Of a stretch of DNA of 64,000 bases, positions 34,959 through 43,865 are shown piece by piece. Position 1 is the stretch's first letter, and every line of letters begins with the position of its first letter. A program made the translations under genes and the position numbers. The DNA comes from a virus. Where the stretch lies: the IMG/VR virus record IMGVR_UViG_3300048516_000001, positions 1 through 64,000 of that record, one strand, 5' to 3'. A model generated the notes under the pieces. The model saw only the letters and a program-made list of their open reading frames with translations, made no database searches and was not told where the DNA came from.

Positions 34959-35732
34959 TTATCGGGTAATAATTGCCTTGCCAGAGGCAATATCATCCAT
35001 ACTGGCACGACCATTTCGAGCTTGTTCTACGGAATAGACTTTAACCTGTCTTCCATTTGAGCTAACGGTTGGGGTTGCACCCGTGCCAGAGTTGGTATTT
35101 TCAGGTTCAAACAGCACGCCCGTCGAACCCTTTTTCAGGTCAATCATTTTTTCACCGATTGACTTCGGCCGTCCATCGCTATTCATCTCAACGTTACCAA
35201 TAGCGTTAAGAAAGACGATTTTGCCGTCTTCTTCTAGCTTGATACGTTTTTGAAGTACAGATAAAATCGTTTCAACAGGTGTAATGTCTTCCATGCCTTG
35301 TGCTGTCAAGTCAAAACTTGACTTTCTGCCACCAGCCTCAAAAAAAGCTTTTTCAATTGCTGTCGTTGTACGCAGATTGTTGATTTCATTTTTTAGCTCG
35401 GAAGCTTGTTTCCGAGCCATCTCTGCCTCTGTTAAGTATTGCTTTTTCGCTTTATCGAACTCCTTTCGCATTAGCAAGTCTTGCTCTTCTCTTTCGTCAT
35501 TAGCTAGTTTTAGCTTTTGGTATTTGTCTGGGTCAATAGCTTTGACTTTCTCCAACTGAGTCAAAAGCTCTTGTTCTTTGGCGGATTTTTCATTAAGTAA
35601 CTTTTGTATCGCTGCTTTTTCTTCTCTCTCTTTTCGCAGTGCCGACAGCAGACCGTCATTGTCTGGCGACTCGGCTCGTGTAGTAGCTTGCTCTGTGGCG
35701 GTTGTCGGTTCAGTTTCGATTTCTGGAGGCAT
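34959..35732 (-). CDS. Scaffolding protein
   Basis: 257 aa, highly charged and coiled-coil-like, immediately upstream of the capsid gene. Confidence 0.6.
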   Translation of the reverse strand: MPPEIETEPTTATEQATTRAESPDNDGLLSALRKEREEKAAIQKLLNEKSAKEQELLTQLEKVKAIDPDKYQKLKLANDEREEQDLLMRKEFDKAKKQYLTEAEMARKQASELKNEINNLRTTTAIEKAFFEAGGRKSSFDLTAQGMEDITPVETILSVLQKRIKLEEDGKIVFLNAIGNVEMNSDGRPKSIGEKMIDLKKGSTGVLFEPENTNSGTGATPTVSSNGRQVKVYSVEQARNGRASMDDIASGKAIITR

Positions 35733-35773
35733 AAATGATTATAATAGAGGTTTCAATCTTTATTATAATCACC

Positions 35774-37309
35774 ATGCCGCTTAAATTCAAGCATCAAGCC
35801 ATCGAACAAGACCCAGACTTGCCATCTTATTTGAGTGAAGAATACTTGAATCAGTTGCCGTTCTGGGAATTCGTAGCTGATATGTACGAAGGTAGAACGG
35901 CATGGTATATGGTTGAGCCATTCCGAACTGGGTCAAGTATGGTTCTTGACATCAATATAGGCGCAAGATATTTGCCCAGAGAAGAGGCTGAACCTGAAGA
36001 AGAGTATGCGAAGCGCATGACTCGAAGTTACTTTGACAGAAAGTTTGCAGATGCTATCGACAGTAGTGCCGGATTTTTGTCTCGCTTTTTGTTGAATGAT
36101 GATGTACACGAAAGTATTAAAACCAGTATCGACAACGTTGACCTCTGTGGTAACAGTCTGGAGGTATTCTTGAAGGCAGCAGATATAAAAAGTCTGCGAG
36201 ATGACCACTGCTTTGTCATGGTTGATTTTCCAAAGCGAAACACCGAAATAACTGACGCTTATACTGAATCAAAATACAAAACTCGCCCGTATTTTTTATT
36301 AATTGATGCTAGAGATGTTATTAACTGGAATACTGAAATCAAGAACAATAAAATGATGGTGACTCAAGCCACAGTTCGGGAAACTTTTGTTAGAAAAACT
36401 GGACGATACGGTAGTGAAAAGGCGACTCGTTATCGAGTGTTAACCCCAGGCGCTTATAAGGTATATGAAATAGAAGAAATAGAAGAAACGCCAACGCGGA
36501 CTGATTTAATTTTAGTTGAAGAAGGTACAACCACGCTAGATTTTGTACCGTTGATTCCCTATTGCTTGCTACCGAGAGACTCAGACTTTTTTACTGGCAA
36601 ACCACCGTTGTACGATATTGCCGAATTGAATTTAAAACTATATCAGAAACAGTCTGAAAAAGATGAAGCGATGCACAAAGCGAATATGGCTATTTTGCAA
36701 ATTCAAGAAACAAGTCCTCCTAGAGTGAGGTCTGACAAAGACGAAACTCGTGTTGCAACAATAGGGCCGAACACTTGTCTGTGGAACGTGAACGCTTCAT
36801 TTGTTGAACCATCGGGTTCAGCACTAGGACATACACAAGCTGACATTGAAAAGCTAGAGCTAACTATTGAGAAAAAGACACTCGCTTTTCAAAGCGGATA
36901 CGCTGCACCCCCTACGGCAACAGAGATTGCGCGTGATTCAGCCACGGCACAAGCTAGTTTAGGCTCAATGGCTAGAGCTAAAGAAAGCATTGTGCAACAA
37001 CTGTTTGATACTTGGTGTTTGTACATGAATGCACCGGGCAAAGGTGGAACTATTAAAGTTAATAAAAAGATTGTTGAAGTTGGAATGAGTGAAGCGAAAG
37101 CCGGATTGTTATTACAAATCCGTGCCGCTGGTGAGATTACTCGTCAAACATTCTTAGAAGAGTTACGCAAAGGCGATGTATTGAGTAAAGACTTTGATGT
37201 TAATGCCGAGGTTGAAAAACTAGAGAGTAAAATGAAGCAAGAGATGACAACACAATTAAGTAAGGCGACGGCATTAGCAAATGACAACCCCGCAGCAATT
37301 TATCAGTAG
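35774..37309 (+). CDS. Portal protein
   Basis: About 510 aa. Divergent from the scaffold gene and directly followed by an SPP1-gp7/MuF-like gene. Start set at MPLKFKH. Confidence 0.6.
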   Translation: MPLKFKHQAIEQDPDLPSYLSEEYLNQLPFWEFVADMYEGRTAWYMVEPFRTGSSMVLDINIGARYLPREEAEPEEEYAKRMTRSYFDRKFADAIDSSAGFLSRFLLNDDVHESIKTSIDNVDLCGNSLEVFLKAADIKSLRDDHCFVMVDFPKRNTEITDAYTESKYKTRPYFLLIDARDVINWNTEIKNNKMMVTQATVRETFVRKTGRYGSEKATRYRVLTPGAYKVYEIEEIEETPTRTDLILVEEGTTTLDFVPLIPYCLLPRDSDFFTGKPPLYDIAELNLKLYQKQSEKDEAMHKANMAILQIQETSPPRVRSDKDETRVATIGPNTCLWNVNASFVEPSGSALGHTQADIEKLELTIEKKTLAFQSGYAAPPTATEIARDSATAQASLGSMARAKESIVQQLFDTWCLYMNAPGKGGTIKVNKKIVEVGMSEAKAGLLLQIRAAGEITRQTFLEELRKGDVLSKDFDVNAEVEKLESKMKQEMTTQLSKATALANDNPAAIYQ

Positions 37310-38189
37310 ATTTGAAACGGTCACTAGCCAGTTAGAAAATAGAGCCGCAAATACATTAAACGAAGCGCTTGACTCTGCGTACAAAGAGATAGAAGCAGAA
37401 CTCAGAAAGAAGTATCCATCGTTGGCTAATTCTGGGTCTTTGATGGTTACCAGAGACTCAATACTGCGACTAGAAAAATTGAAAGGTGTTTTGCAACTTT
37501 TGAACCCCCAGTCTTCTCAAGAATTGCAAGCTGAATTCCAAAAAATCTTACAACTGACAAATGAGGCTGGGGACACTTTAGCCACTCAGATGACACGAGC
37601 TAGAGCGGGTGAAGACTGGCAAGTTAAGTCAGGTGAAATCCCTATCGAAGCGGCTGGATTTGCGGCTGCTAATATGGTCGCGCATCTCAATCGCTACTCT
37701 TCTGAGTTTGCCAGTCGGGCAACTGTTTTAGTTACTCAAGGCGTAATCCAAGGCTGGGGAACCGCCAAAGTTGCAAGCTTGCTTAGAAACGAACTTGGCA
37801 TAAAAAAGGGTAGGGCCGAAGTAATCGCTCGGACAGAAGTGCTTAGCAGTTTTAATCAAGCCGTGGTAGCCTCCTACGACAATTCAGGTATTGAGTATGT
37901 CCAAGTGATTGCCACAGGCGACTTGCGAACTTGCGGAACCTGTGTTGCTCGAAATTTAAAGGCATACCGAATTCGAGATGTCTCTGTACCGTTCCATCCG
38001 CGCTGTCGGTGTACCTTGATGCCGTGGAGTCCCGACTGGAGTCAAAACGACTCGTGGCTTAAGCGATTCAATGAAACTGTTCGGAATGAATTTACTGGAA
38101 CGCTAAATAACGGGTTGAGCGCATTTGAGAAGATGAACGGCATTACCAGTCCACCTGTTGCTGCATGGACTCCAGCGGAATTAGACTGA
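37281..38189 (+). CDS. Head morphogenesis protein (SPP1 gp7 / Mu F-like)
   Basis: C-terminal signature GDLRTCGTCVARNLKAYRIRDVSVPFHPRCRCTLMPW. Confidence 0.8.
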   Translation: MTTPQQFISRFETVTSQLENRAANTLNEALDSAYKEIEAELRKKYPSLANSGSLMVTRDSILRLEKLKGVLQLLNPQSSQELQAEFQKILQLTNEAGDTLATQMTRARAGEDWQVKSGEIPIEAAGFAAANMVAHLNRYSSEFASRATVLVTQGVIQGWGTAKVASLLRNELGIKKGRAEVIARTEVLSSFNQAVVASYDNSGIEYVQVIATGDLRTCGTCVARNLKAYRIRDVSVPFHPRCRCTLMPWSPDWSQNDSWLKRFNETVRNEFTGTLNNGLSAFEKMNGITSPPVAAWTPAELD

Positions 38190-38285
38190 TTTTATATTAC
38201 AACCTACTCGCAACCCGATTTGTTTGAAAATTTCTGTTTTAATAAAAGTAAGTGTTTATATCACCTATTTTTTATTTTGTAAATT

Positions 38286-38729
38286 ATGGCTTCGCCGTTT
38301 GAGTCGGTTGCTAACGCAAAATTATCGTTTCGTGTTCCATCTGCCGAGATGGTGCTTGATAGTGCTGGGAATCGAACACCCAAAACAACGTCTGTTGTAG
38401 TGATAGCCGCGCTTAAGATGTCCCAAGACACGCGATTCCAGCGAACCCAAGAAGGAAGTCCGAACGCTATTTCCGGGGCGGCTCAGCTTGTGGAAACGTG
38501 GAAAGGTTATCTTGTTGAGCCGTTGTTAATGCCTTCTGCAATCAAGCCAGGGATGCTAGCGGACGCAGAAATTGCCACAGGATTGCAAAACTCAAGTCTA
38601 GGAATCCCTGAACCATTAATTGAAAAAGGCGAGTTTCAACTGCTTCCAACGCCTCAAAGCCCGTCTCTAATAGCATCAGGTATTCAAGAAGTTACCCCCA
38701 TTTCTGGAACATTTACGAGAATAAACTAA
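38286..38729 (+). CDS. Hypothetical protein
   Basis: 147-aa ORF. Confidence 0.5.
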   Translation: MASPFESVANAKLSFRVPSAEMVLDSAGNRTPKTTSVVVIAALKMSQDTRFQRTQEGSPNAISGAAQLVETWKGYLVEPLLMPSAIKPGMLADAEIATGLQNSSLGIPEPLIEKGEFQLLPTPQSPSLIASGIQEVTPISGTFTRIN

Positions 38730-39133
38730 TGCAAGATTTACGACAAACAACTAATAGAGTGCGAATGGCTCTCTATTTAGGAATTGAAATGTTTGATGAG
38801 GTTGTAATCGCTCTAGAAGTAGCCGAAAGTACAAGCGTATTTTTAATAGAAGAGGTTGAAAAAGATTTAACGCAATTAGAGAAACTTTCGGCACAGCTAA
38901 CTGCTGAATTAAGCAGCCCTAACTCGGCACTTACGCAAGCAGATGTCTTGCGGTTTGCTGAAGGACAAAGAGCAAAAGGGATGATTATTCTGCAATACAA
39001 CCTAATCCAAAAGTTGGCGAACACATTAGGGCTAAGACCAAACCTAGAAATTGTAGAAAATATTGCAGCAGCTATGGGCTTTGCTTTGGGGAATACTAAT
39101 AATCTAATCTTTGGGCAAATTCAAAGAAGCTAA
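38729..39133 (+). CDS. Hypothetical protein
   Basis: 134-aa ORF. 1-nt overlap. Confidence 0.5.
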   Translation: MQDLRQTTNRVRMALYLGIEMFDEVVIALEVAESTSVFLIEEVEKDLTQLEKLSAQLTAELSSPNSALTQADVLRFAEGQRAKGMIILQYNLIQKLANTLGLRPNLEIVENIAAAMGFALGNTNNLIFGQIQRS

Positions 39134-39898
39134 ATGGCGATTACCTTTTACGACTACAAGACAAATCCGACAATTAAAATTCGCAATAAATTAGTAGAAG
39201 AAAATATCAATTTAGCTCGTTTTGTCGCACATAAAATTGCGTCAAGAGTGCCTATTCCTTACGAAGAATTAGAGCAAATTGCATCAATGGGATTGATTTT
39301 AGCAGTTGAGCGGTACGACCCTACAATAGGTGCTAAATTTAGCACCTTTGCAATCCCCTTGATTACGGGACGGCTATTGAACTTCGTTAGAGACAGTTCT
39401 AATGTCATTCAATTGCCTCGAAAGTATCATGAGATACTTCAAAAAGGAAAGAGAATCCTCAGAGAATTAAGCGTATCTTTGGGGCGGACTCCCACTAAAA
39501 ACGAGTTCTTTCAATCACTTTTCAACCTTGGGGTTACTCAATCTGAGTTTTGCAAGGCTAAAAAAGCATATCAAGATTGTAGATACATATCCTGCTATGA
39601 TACCGCAATCAGTAGTGTCTCAGATACGCTTAACTCAGAGGTTGAGCCAACTTATTCTTATAAATCGCGGGAATTGCAAGCTAACGAAACTCACATAGTA
39701 AATAGTTTAGAAAAGAATGAGTTAATAGGTAAAATAAAGAATATATTAGAAGTGGATATTGCCGATTTGAGCTATCAAGAAGCCGTAATCCGCTTGTACT
39801 TCTTTGAATATCTATCCGTCAATAGAATAATTGAATTGTTAGACCTGTCTAAAGTACAAGTATTTGAAGCTATAAAAGAGTGGTGTCGGTCTGTCTAG
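39134..39898 (+). CDS. Sigma-70 family sigma factor (group 3/SigF-like)
   Basis: Region 2: GLILAVERYDPTIGAKFSTFAIPLITGRLLNFVRD. Region 4-like HTH: LSYQEAVIRLYFFEYLSVNRIIELLDLSKVQV. Confidence 0.75.
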   Translation: MAITFYDYKTNPTIKIRNKLVEENINLARFVAHKIASRVPIPYEELEQIASMGLILAVERYDPTIGAKFSTFAIPLITGRLLNFVRDSSNVIQLPRKYHEILQKGKRILRELSVSLGRTPTKNEFFQSLFNLGVTQSEFCKAKKAYQDCRYISCYDTAISSVSDTLNSEVEPTYSYKSRELQANETHIVNSLEKNELIGKIKNILEVDIADLSYQEAVIRLYFFEYLSVNRIIELLDLSKVQVFEAIKEWCRSV

Positions 39899-40256
39899 GC
39901 TTTAGTATCTGCTTGAACGAATTGATATCTTTGGCTTCAAGAATACTTTTTGATTTTTCTTTCTTGTTCTGAATATTCGCCCAAGTTCTATGCTCTAACT
40001 CGCCCAAATCAAAAGAATCATTGCTCAAGGTAGATTCTAATACACGTTTAAACTGTTCAACCTCAGATTCATTAAGCAATATATTAGCCAGTCGCCACGC
40101 CTTGCGAATAGTCTGTGGGTCTTCATTTCCAAAGTCCGCTAAGCTTGTGAAATCATTAGTGAAACTAGCTTTTAAAAATCGAATAGCCAATATTCCTGAT
40201 TCCATTGTTTTAACTCTTGTAATATCCAATGCCTGTTTGATATCGAATAGGTTCAT
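39870..40256 (-). CDS. Hypothetical protein
   Basis: 128-aa ORF downstream of terL, overlapping its end. Confidence 0.45.
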   Translation of the reverse strand: MNLFDIKQALDITRVKTMESGILAIRFLKASFTNDFTSLADFGNEDPQTIRKAWRLANILLNESEVEQFKRVLESTLSNDSFDLGELEHRTWANIQNKKEKSKSILEAKDINSFKQILKPRQTDTTLL

Positions 40257-41619
40257 TTAGACAGAAATGTGCACCAGAAGCAGCATCGGTAATATCTTTG
40301 ACTTTCCCATCAGGAAACTCGTGCATCCAGCTTAAAAATCTGTCATTCCACGAGGCTCGTAGAAGCTTGACTTTCCCCCTAAAAGTGTCAGTAGCCAAAG
40401 GCTTTGCACGTTTCACCTTGTCTCCGAGTGGTCGGACACCTTCTGCATCAATATCTGGGTGTAATCCCATTAGTAATTGCTTGATATGCTCCTCGTCGCG
40501 TTTTCCACTACTTCCCCCTTCCAACTCCCAACGGACTTTGCACCACAATCCGTCCTGTTGCGCGGTTGCTATCATTAATTCGTCGCCGCCAACCGGCCCA
40601 ACTTGTTCAGCGATAACGTCAACCACGTAATAAATTTCATCAACTAATCGCATTTTGACTCCGGCGGTATAGCAGGCGTTAGAACGAACGGCCGCCTCTG
40701 TTGCCGCCAAATCCCAAAACCTAACTTCTTCGCCGTTGTAATCTAAAGGCGGAACATCATCAACAATTTCAAACCAAGCGCGGTTAAATAACTTCCCCGA
40801 CTCTTCCTTAACTTTCCAATTTCCATAAAGTAGTCGAGCTTGGTCTACCGGATGCAAAGCCTGAAGATTTGCCAGATACTCCGGGTTCTGCTGCATCAAA
40901 ATTTGATTGTCTTCGATTTTAGCAGGAATGAAAGTAAAGCTTTTTGCCATTAAGTCAGGATATCTATTCTCAAGTTCATCTCTTGAGCTACCCCAAACAA
41001 TCTCGCCACTCTGCCGAATAAAGTAACGAACAATTCCACTGTGTTCTGGAATCGGGAACCCTTCATCATCTAGCCACCAATCAACAAACCCCGCAATCCA
41101 AGAGTCGGCATCGGGGTTAGTTGTACAACGAACATAGGGGCGAATTCCACAAGTTGAGCGGTTGCGACTAAACAGATAGAAAACAACTGATTCGCTAAAA
41201 TGTGTTAATTCGTCTATCAGTAGAAGGGGAATTTGACTACCTTGATACTTGTACTTAGCTTGCTCGTTTCCCAAGTGTCCAAACCCTATTTTTGCGCCAC
41301 TAGGAAACAGCCAGTCAAGCGTACCTCTTCTAGGGATTGCACCTAATAGCGGATAGATGTCTTCTGAAGTATCCCAAAGTGCGCCTTCTTCGGTTATTTG
41401 AGGAAAACTTTGTCTAAAAAAGACGGCACCAAATTTTGGATTTGTTATATGACGTAAAGCCTCTAGTAGCAGTGCATAAGTTTTTCCTCCACCTGCCCCG
41501 CCGCCGTAAATAGAGAAGTCAGCGGAGGTAGTTAAAAATGCTTCTTGCTGTCCCGATTGTGGCTTAAGTATTAAATCTGATGACTTGACGGGTAATTTCT
41601 TGTATTGTTTTACGGGCAT
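40210..41619 (-). CDS. terL: Terminase large subunit
   Basis: Walker A YGGGAGGGKTY, Walker B LLLIDELTHF, C-terminal nuclease-like half. 469 aa. Confidence 0.9.
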   Translation of the reverse strand: MPVKQYKKLPVKSSDLILKPQSGQQEAFLTTSADFSIYGGGAGGGKTYALLLEALRHITNPKFGAVFFRQSFPQITEEGALWDTSEDIYPLLGAIPRRGTLDWLFPSGAKIGFGHLGNEQAKYKYQGSQIPLLLIDELTHFSESVVFYLFSRNRSTCGIRPYVRCTTNPDADSWIAGFVDWWLDDEGFPIPEHSGIVRYFIRQSGEIVWGSSRDELENRYPDLMAKSFTFIPAKIEDNQILMQQNPEYLANLQALHPVDQARLLYGNWKVKEESGKLFNRAWFEIVDDVPPLDYNGEEVRFWDLAATEAAVRSNACYTAGVKMRLVDEIYYVVDVIAEQVGPVGGDELMIATAQQDGLWCKVRWELEGGSSGKRDEEHIKQLLMGLHPDIDAEGVRPLGDKVKRAKPLATDTFRGKVKLLRASWNDRFLSWMHEFPDGKVKDITDAASGAHFCLNEPIRYQTGIGYYKS

Positions 41620-41627
41620 AGCCAGAC

Positions 41628-42065
41628 TTAATCTCGATTGTTTTCGGGAAGGTAAATAGACACAGTTTGTGGCCTATCTAAATTAATCTGTTGAGGAGCT
41701 TCTTCAGTCTTTTCTTTCATCCCGCAGCGAGTCTTCTCATACCAAATTATTGCCGTCATGTCACGGTCAACGGTTGCTTTTTCAAAAAGCACTTTAGCGA
41801 CAGTTATCCTTGCTCTGGCTAAACCTTTGTCATAAGCTTCTTTAATGGTTGGGTTCCATTTTTTATTGCGATACAAGGTTGATTCGGACACACCCAAAAT
41901 CGCTGCTATATGTCCGACAGGTAATCCGTAACCAGCCATTACGCCAATTGAGCGTAACTCTGCTTCTGTAAAGACTTTCTTGGGGCGGCCGCGAGAAGTT
42001 TCGGTTTGCTGCTCCTCCCCTGATTCTAAAGTTGATTCATCGTCAAAATCTACAGTCTCGGTCAT
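41628..42065 (-). CDS. Terminase small subunit (HTH)
   Basis: 145 aa directly upstream of terL. HTH: VGHIAAILGVSESTLYRN. Confidence 0.6.
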   Translation of the reverse strand: MTETVDFDDESTLESGEEQQTETSRGRPKKVFTEAELRSIGVMAGYGLPVGHIAAILGVSESTLYRNKKWNPTIKEAYDKGLARARITVAKVLFEKATVDRDMTAIIWYEKTRCGMKEKTEEAPQQINLDRPQTVSIYLPENNRD

Positions 42066-42105
42066 GGGGTTGCAATTGTTGATACTAAAATTAATGTCAA
42101 CAATT

Positions 42106-42188
42106 TATAAACAACTCGGTAAGTGGGAAACTCAGTCACTTTAGTGCTGAGAGGGAAACGACCCGGCGGTTTCAATCGCCTTGAATCT
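42106..42188. repeat. 83-bp perfect inverted repeat, right copy (LE of the tnpB element)
   Basis: Exact reverse complement of 21476-21558. Confidence 0.95.
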
Positions 42189-42246
42189 TATCAAAACTTA
42201 ACATGACTACAACGCCAAACTCCAGTAACTATGATACGATAGTTGC

Positions 42247-42384
42247 ATGAGTAAAAAAGCGTTGCAGATACAGATAGACAAAATCGAAAGAGAGAAGTTA
42301 GAAGCCCTTTCTTCTAACTGGGGGCTGAGTTTGGCGGGTGTAATCAGAAGGCTGATTAGGGAGTTTGAATATGGCAAAAACTAG
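42247..42384 (+). CDS. Small RHH/CopG-like protein inside the IS (45 aa)
   Basis: My translation: MSKKALQIQIDKIEREKLEALSSNWGLSLAGVIRRLIREFEYGKN. It has an RHH-like strand plus helices. Below the ORF-track cutoff. Confidence 0.4.
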   Translation: MSKKALQIQIDKIEREKLEALSSNWGLSLAGVIRRLIREFEYGKN

Positions 42385-43693
42385 AAAAAGTATGGGCGTT
42401 CAGCAAGTGCTATTACACCCAGACATAGAGACCAAATCAATACTCAATTACTTGTGTGAACAGTCAGGGAAGCACTATAACAACGGTGTCTACTTTGCGC
42501 GTCAAACGTTTTTTAAGACTGGAAAATTGTTAACCGGAAAGTTTGACTTGGTTTATGAGCCGACTGTTTCTAAGACTATTGTAGCTAAGTCACTACCTTC
42601 TGTGCCTGCCCAGCAAACTCTTTTGTCTGTGACTGAAGCATTCAAATCTTTTAAGGGCTTACGTGAGCTTTATTTCAATGGTCAGTTGCATTTCAAGCCT
42701 AAAGCACCTAATTATCTCAAAGGTACAAAACTGTTCAAGGTTGCTTATCCTAATTCAGGTGGACAAAAACCAATTTTGAATAATGGACAGTTGAGATTCT
42801 CTTTGGGGTTGACAGTTAGACGCTGGTTTGGAGTATCAGAATTGTTTCTGCCGATGTCGTCAAACATTGATATCGGCAATGTGAAAGAGTTTACAATCCT
42901 ACCTAAAAATGGTGCATTCTATCTTGAGTTGTCCTATGAGATTGCAAGTCAAAAGCATGAGTTAGATATTAATCAAGCGCTATCCATTGACTTAGGGACT
43001 GCTGACAACCTAGCTGCTTGTGTCGATACTCTGGGAAATTCTATGCTAATTGATGCCAGAGCAATGAAGGCGATGAATCAGCTTTGGAATAAAAAAGTAT
43101 CGACTCGCAAGGATGGGAAAGAACACGCTTACTGGGATGACTGGCTAGACCGTGTGACCCGTAAGCGCAACCATCAAATGAGAGATGGCACTAACAAAGC
43201 TGCAAAGTTGATTGTTGACCATTGTCTTAAGTTTGGTATTGGGACATTGGTAATCGGTTGGAATGAAGGCTTCAAAACTAATGCTAACATGGGCAAAGTA
43301 AACAATCAAAAGTTTGTACAGATGCCTTTGGGGAAGCTCAAAGAGCGGTTGAAGCAACTCTGCGAATTACATGGCATTAGATTTGAAGAAACCGAAGAAG
43401 CCTATACCTCTAAAGCTAGTTTCTTAGATGGAGATTCCCTACCCAAGTACGGCGAAAAGCCTGAAGGGTGGAAAGCATCAGGAAAACGAGTTAAGAGGGG
43501 CTTGTATCGTTCAGGAAACGGCTCAGTGGTGAATGCAGACTTAAATGGCGCTGCAAACATCCTTAGAAAAGTAGCCAGCAAGTTAGGCATAGACCTAAAC
43601 CAACTGGGAAGGCGGTGTTTGACGACCGTAGCGAGAATAAGACTTTGGGTTTTACCTAGAGTTGTTCTGTCCGCAGAATCTCAGTCTCTTTAG
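42371..43693 (+). CDS. tnpB: TnpB RNA-guided nuclease (intact, zinc-finger-less variant)
   Basis: RuvC-I LSIDLGTADN, RuvC-II VIGWNEGFK, RuvC-III NADLNGAANILRK. Homologous throughout to 22505-23772. The start could also be 42365 or 42392. Confidence 0.9.
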   Translation: MAKTRKSMGVQQVLLHPDIETKSILNYLCEQSGKHYNNGVYFARQTFFKTGKLLTGKFDLVYEPTVSKTIVAKSLPSVPAQQTLLSVTEAFKSFKGLRELYFNGQLHFKPKAPNYLKGTKLFKVAYPNSGGQKPILNNGQLRFSLGLTVRRWFGVSELFLPMSSNIDIGNVKEFTILPKNGAFYLELSYEIASQKHELDINQALSIDLGTADNLAACVDTLGNSMLIDARAMKAMNQLWNKKVSTRKDGKEHAYWDDWLDRVTRKRNHQMRDGTNKAAKLIVDHCLKFGIGTLVIGWNEGFKTNANMGKVNNQKFVQMPLGKLKERLKQLCELHGIRFEETEEAYTSKASFLDGDSLPKYGEKPEGWKASGKRVKRGLYRSGNGSVVNADLNGAANILRKVASKLGIDLNQLGRRCLTTVARIRLWVLPRVVLSAESQSL

Positions 43694-43708
43694 AGCTGAG
43701 AGTGTCAA
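43560..43708 (+). ncRNA. Predicted TnpB omega-RNA (reRNA) scaffold; guide would start at 43709
   Basis: TnpB guide RNAs are known to derive from the 3' end of tnpB plus the RE. The RE hairpin contains the tnpB stop codon in its CTTTAG loop. The 5' limit is a guess. Confidence 0.4.
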
Positions 43709-43779
43709 TGCAGTTGCTACAGCTATAAAAAGTAGAAAAGTAAGCGCAATGGCAGCGTCGCAAGACAGTTGTTTTGAGC

Positions 43780-43865
43780 GTCTAGAGGCACATTGACAAT
43801 GCCTTTGAAGATTGCAGCAGTAATCTATTCAAGAATCTCGGTGTCTTTAGACCTGAGAGTGTCAA
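43780..43865 (+). mobile_element. Solo right-end (3' tnpB/omega-RNA) remnant of a third element
   Basis: TTGACAATGCCTTTGAAGATT...CAAGAATCTCGGTGTCTTTAGACCTGAGAGTGTCAA parallels the last ~85 nt of both tnpB elements. No tnpB ORF precedes it. Confidence 0.6.

Larger units (their letters stand above)
42106..43708 (+). mobile_element. tnpB-only IS200/IS605-family (IS1341-like) element
   Basis: LE is the 83-bp repeat with hairpin CTCAGTCACTTTAGTGCTGAG followed by GGCGGTTTCAATCGCCTTGAAT. RE hairpin CTCAGTCTCTTTAGAGCTGAG followed by AGTGTCAA, ending at 43708. Confidence 0.8.

Noticed and set aside
28883-35757. Exact 16-nt motif TAATAGAGGTTTCAAT at 28883-28898 and 35742-35757, just upstream of two minus-strand late genes, as a late promoter or operator
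   Set aside because: There are only two copies. In an AT-rich 64-kb window, one exact 16-mer coincidence is roughly what chance predicts (on the order of 0.5-1 pair). The resemblance of ATTGAAAC to the CRISPR repeat tail is only an 8-mer.
35740-35769. Two TATAAT boxes in the 41-bp scaffold/portal divergent gap, implying leaderless mRNAs
   Set aside because: The sequence is simply very AT-rich, there are no -35 elements, and the spacing to the ATG is too short to judge. This cannot be supported without TSS data.
21476-42188. The 83-bp repeats as prophage attL/attR
   Set aside because: They are inverted rather than direct, and each sits at the end of an IS200/IS605-type element. Phage genes continue on both sides, so they do not delimit the element.
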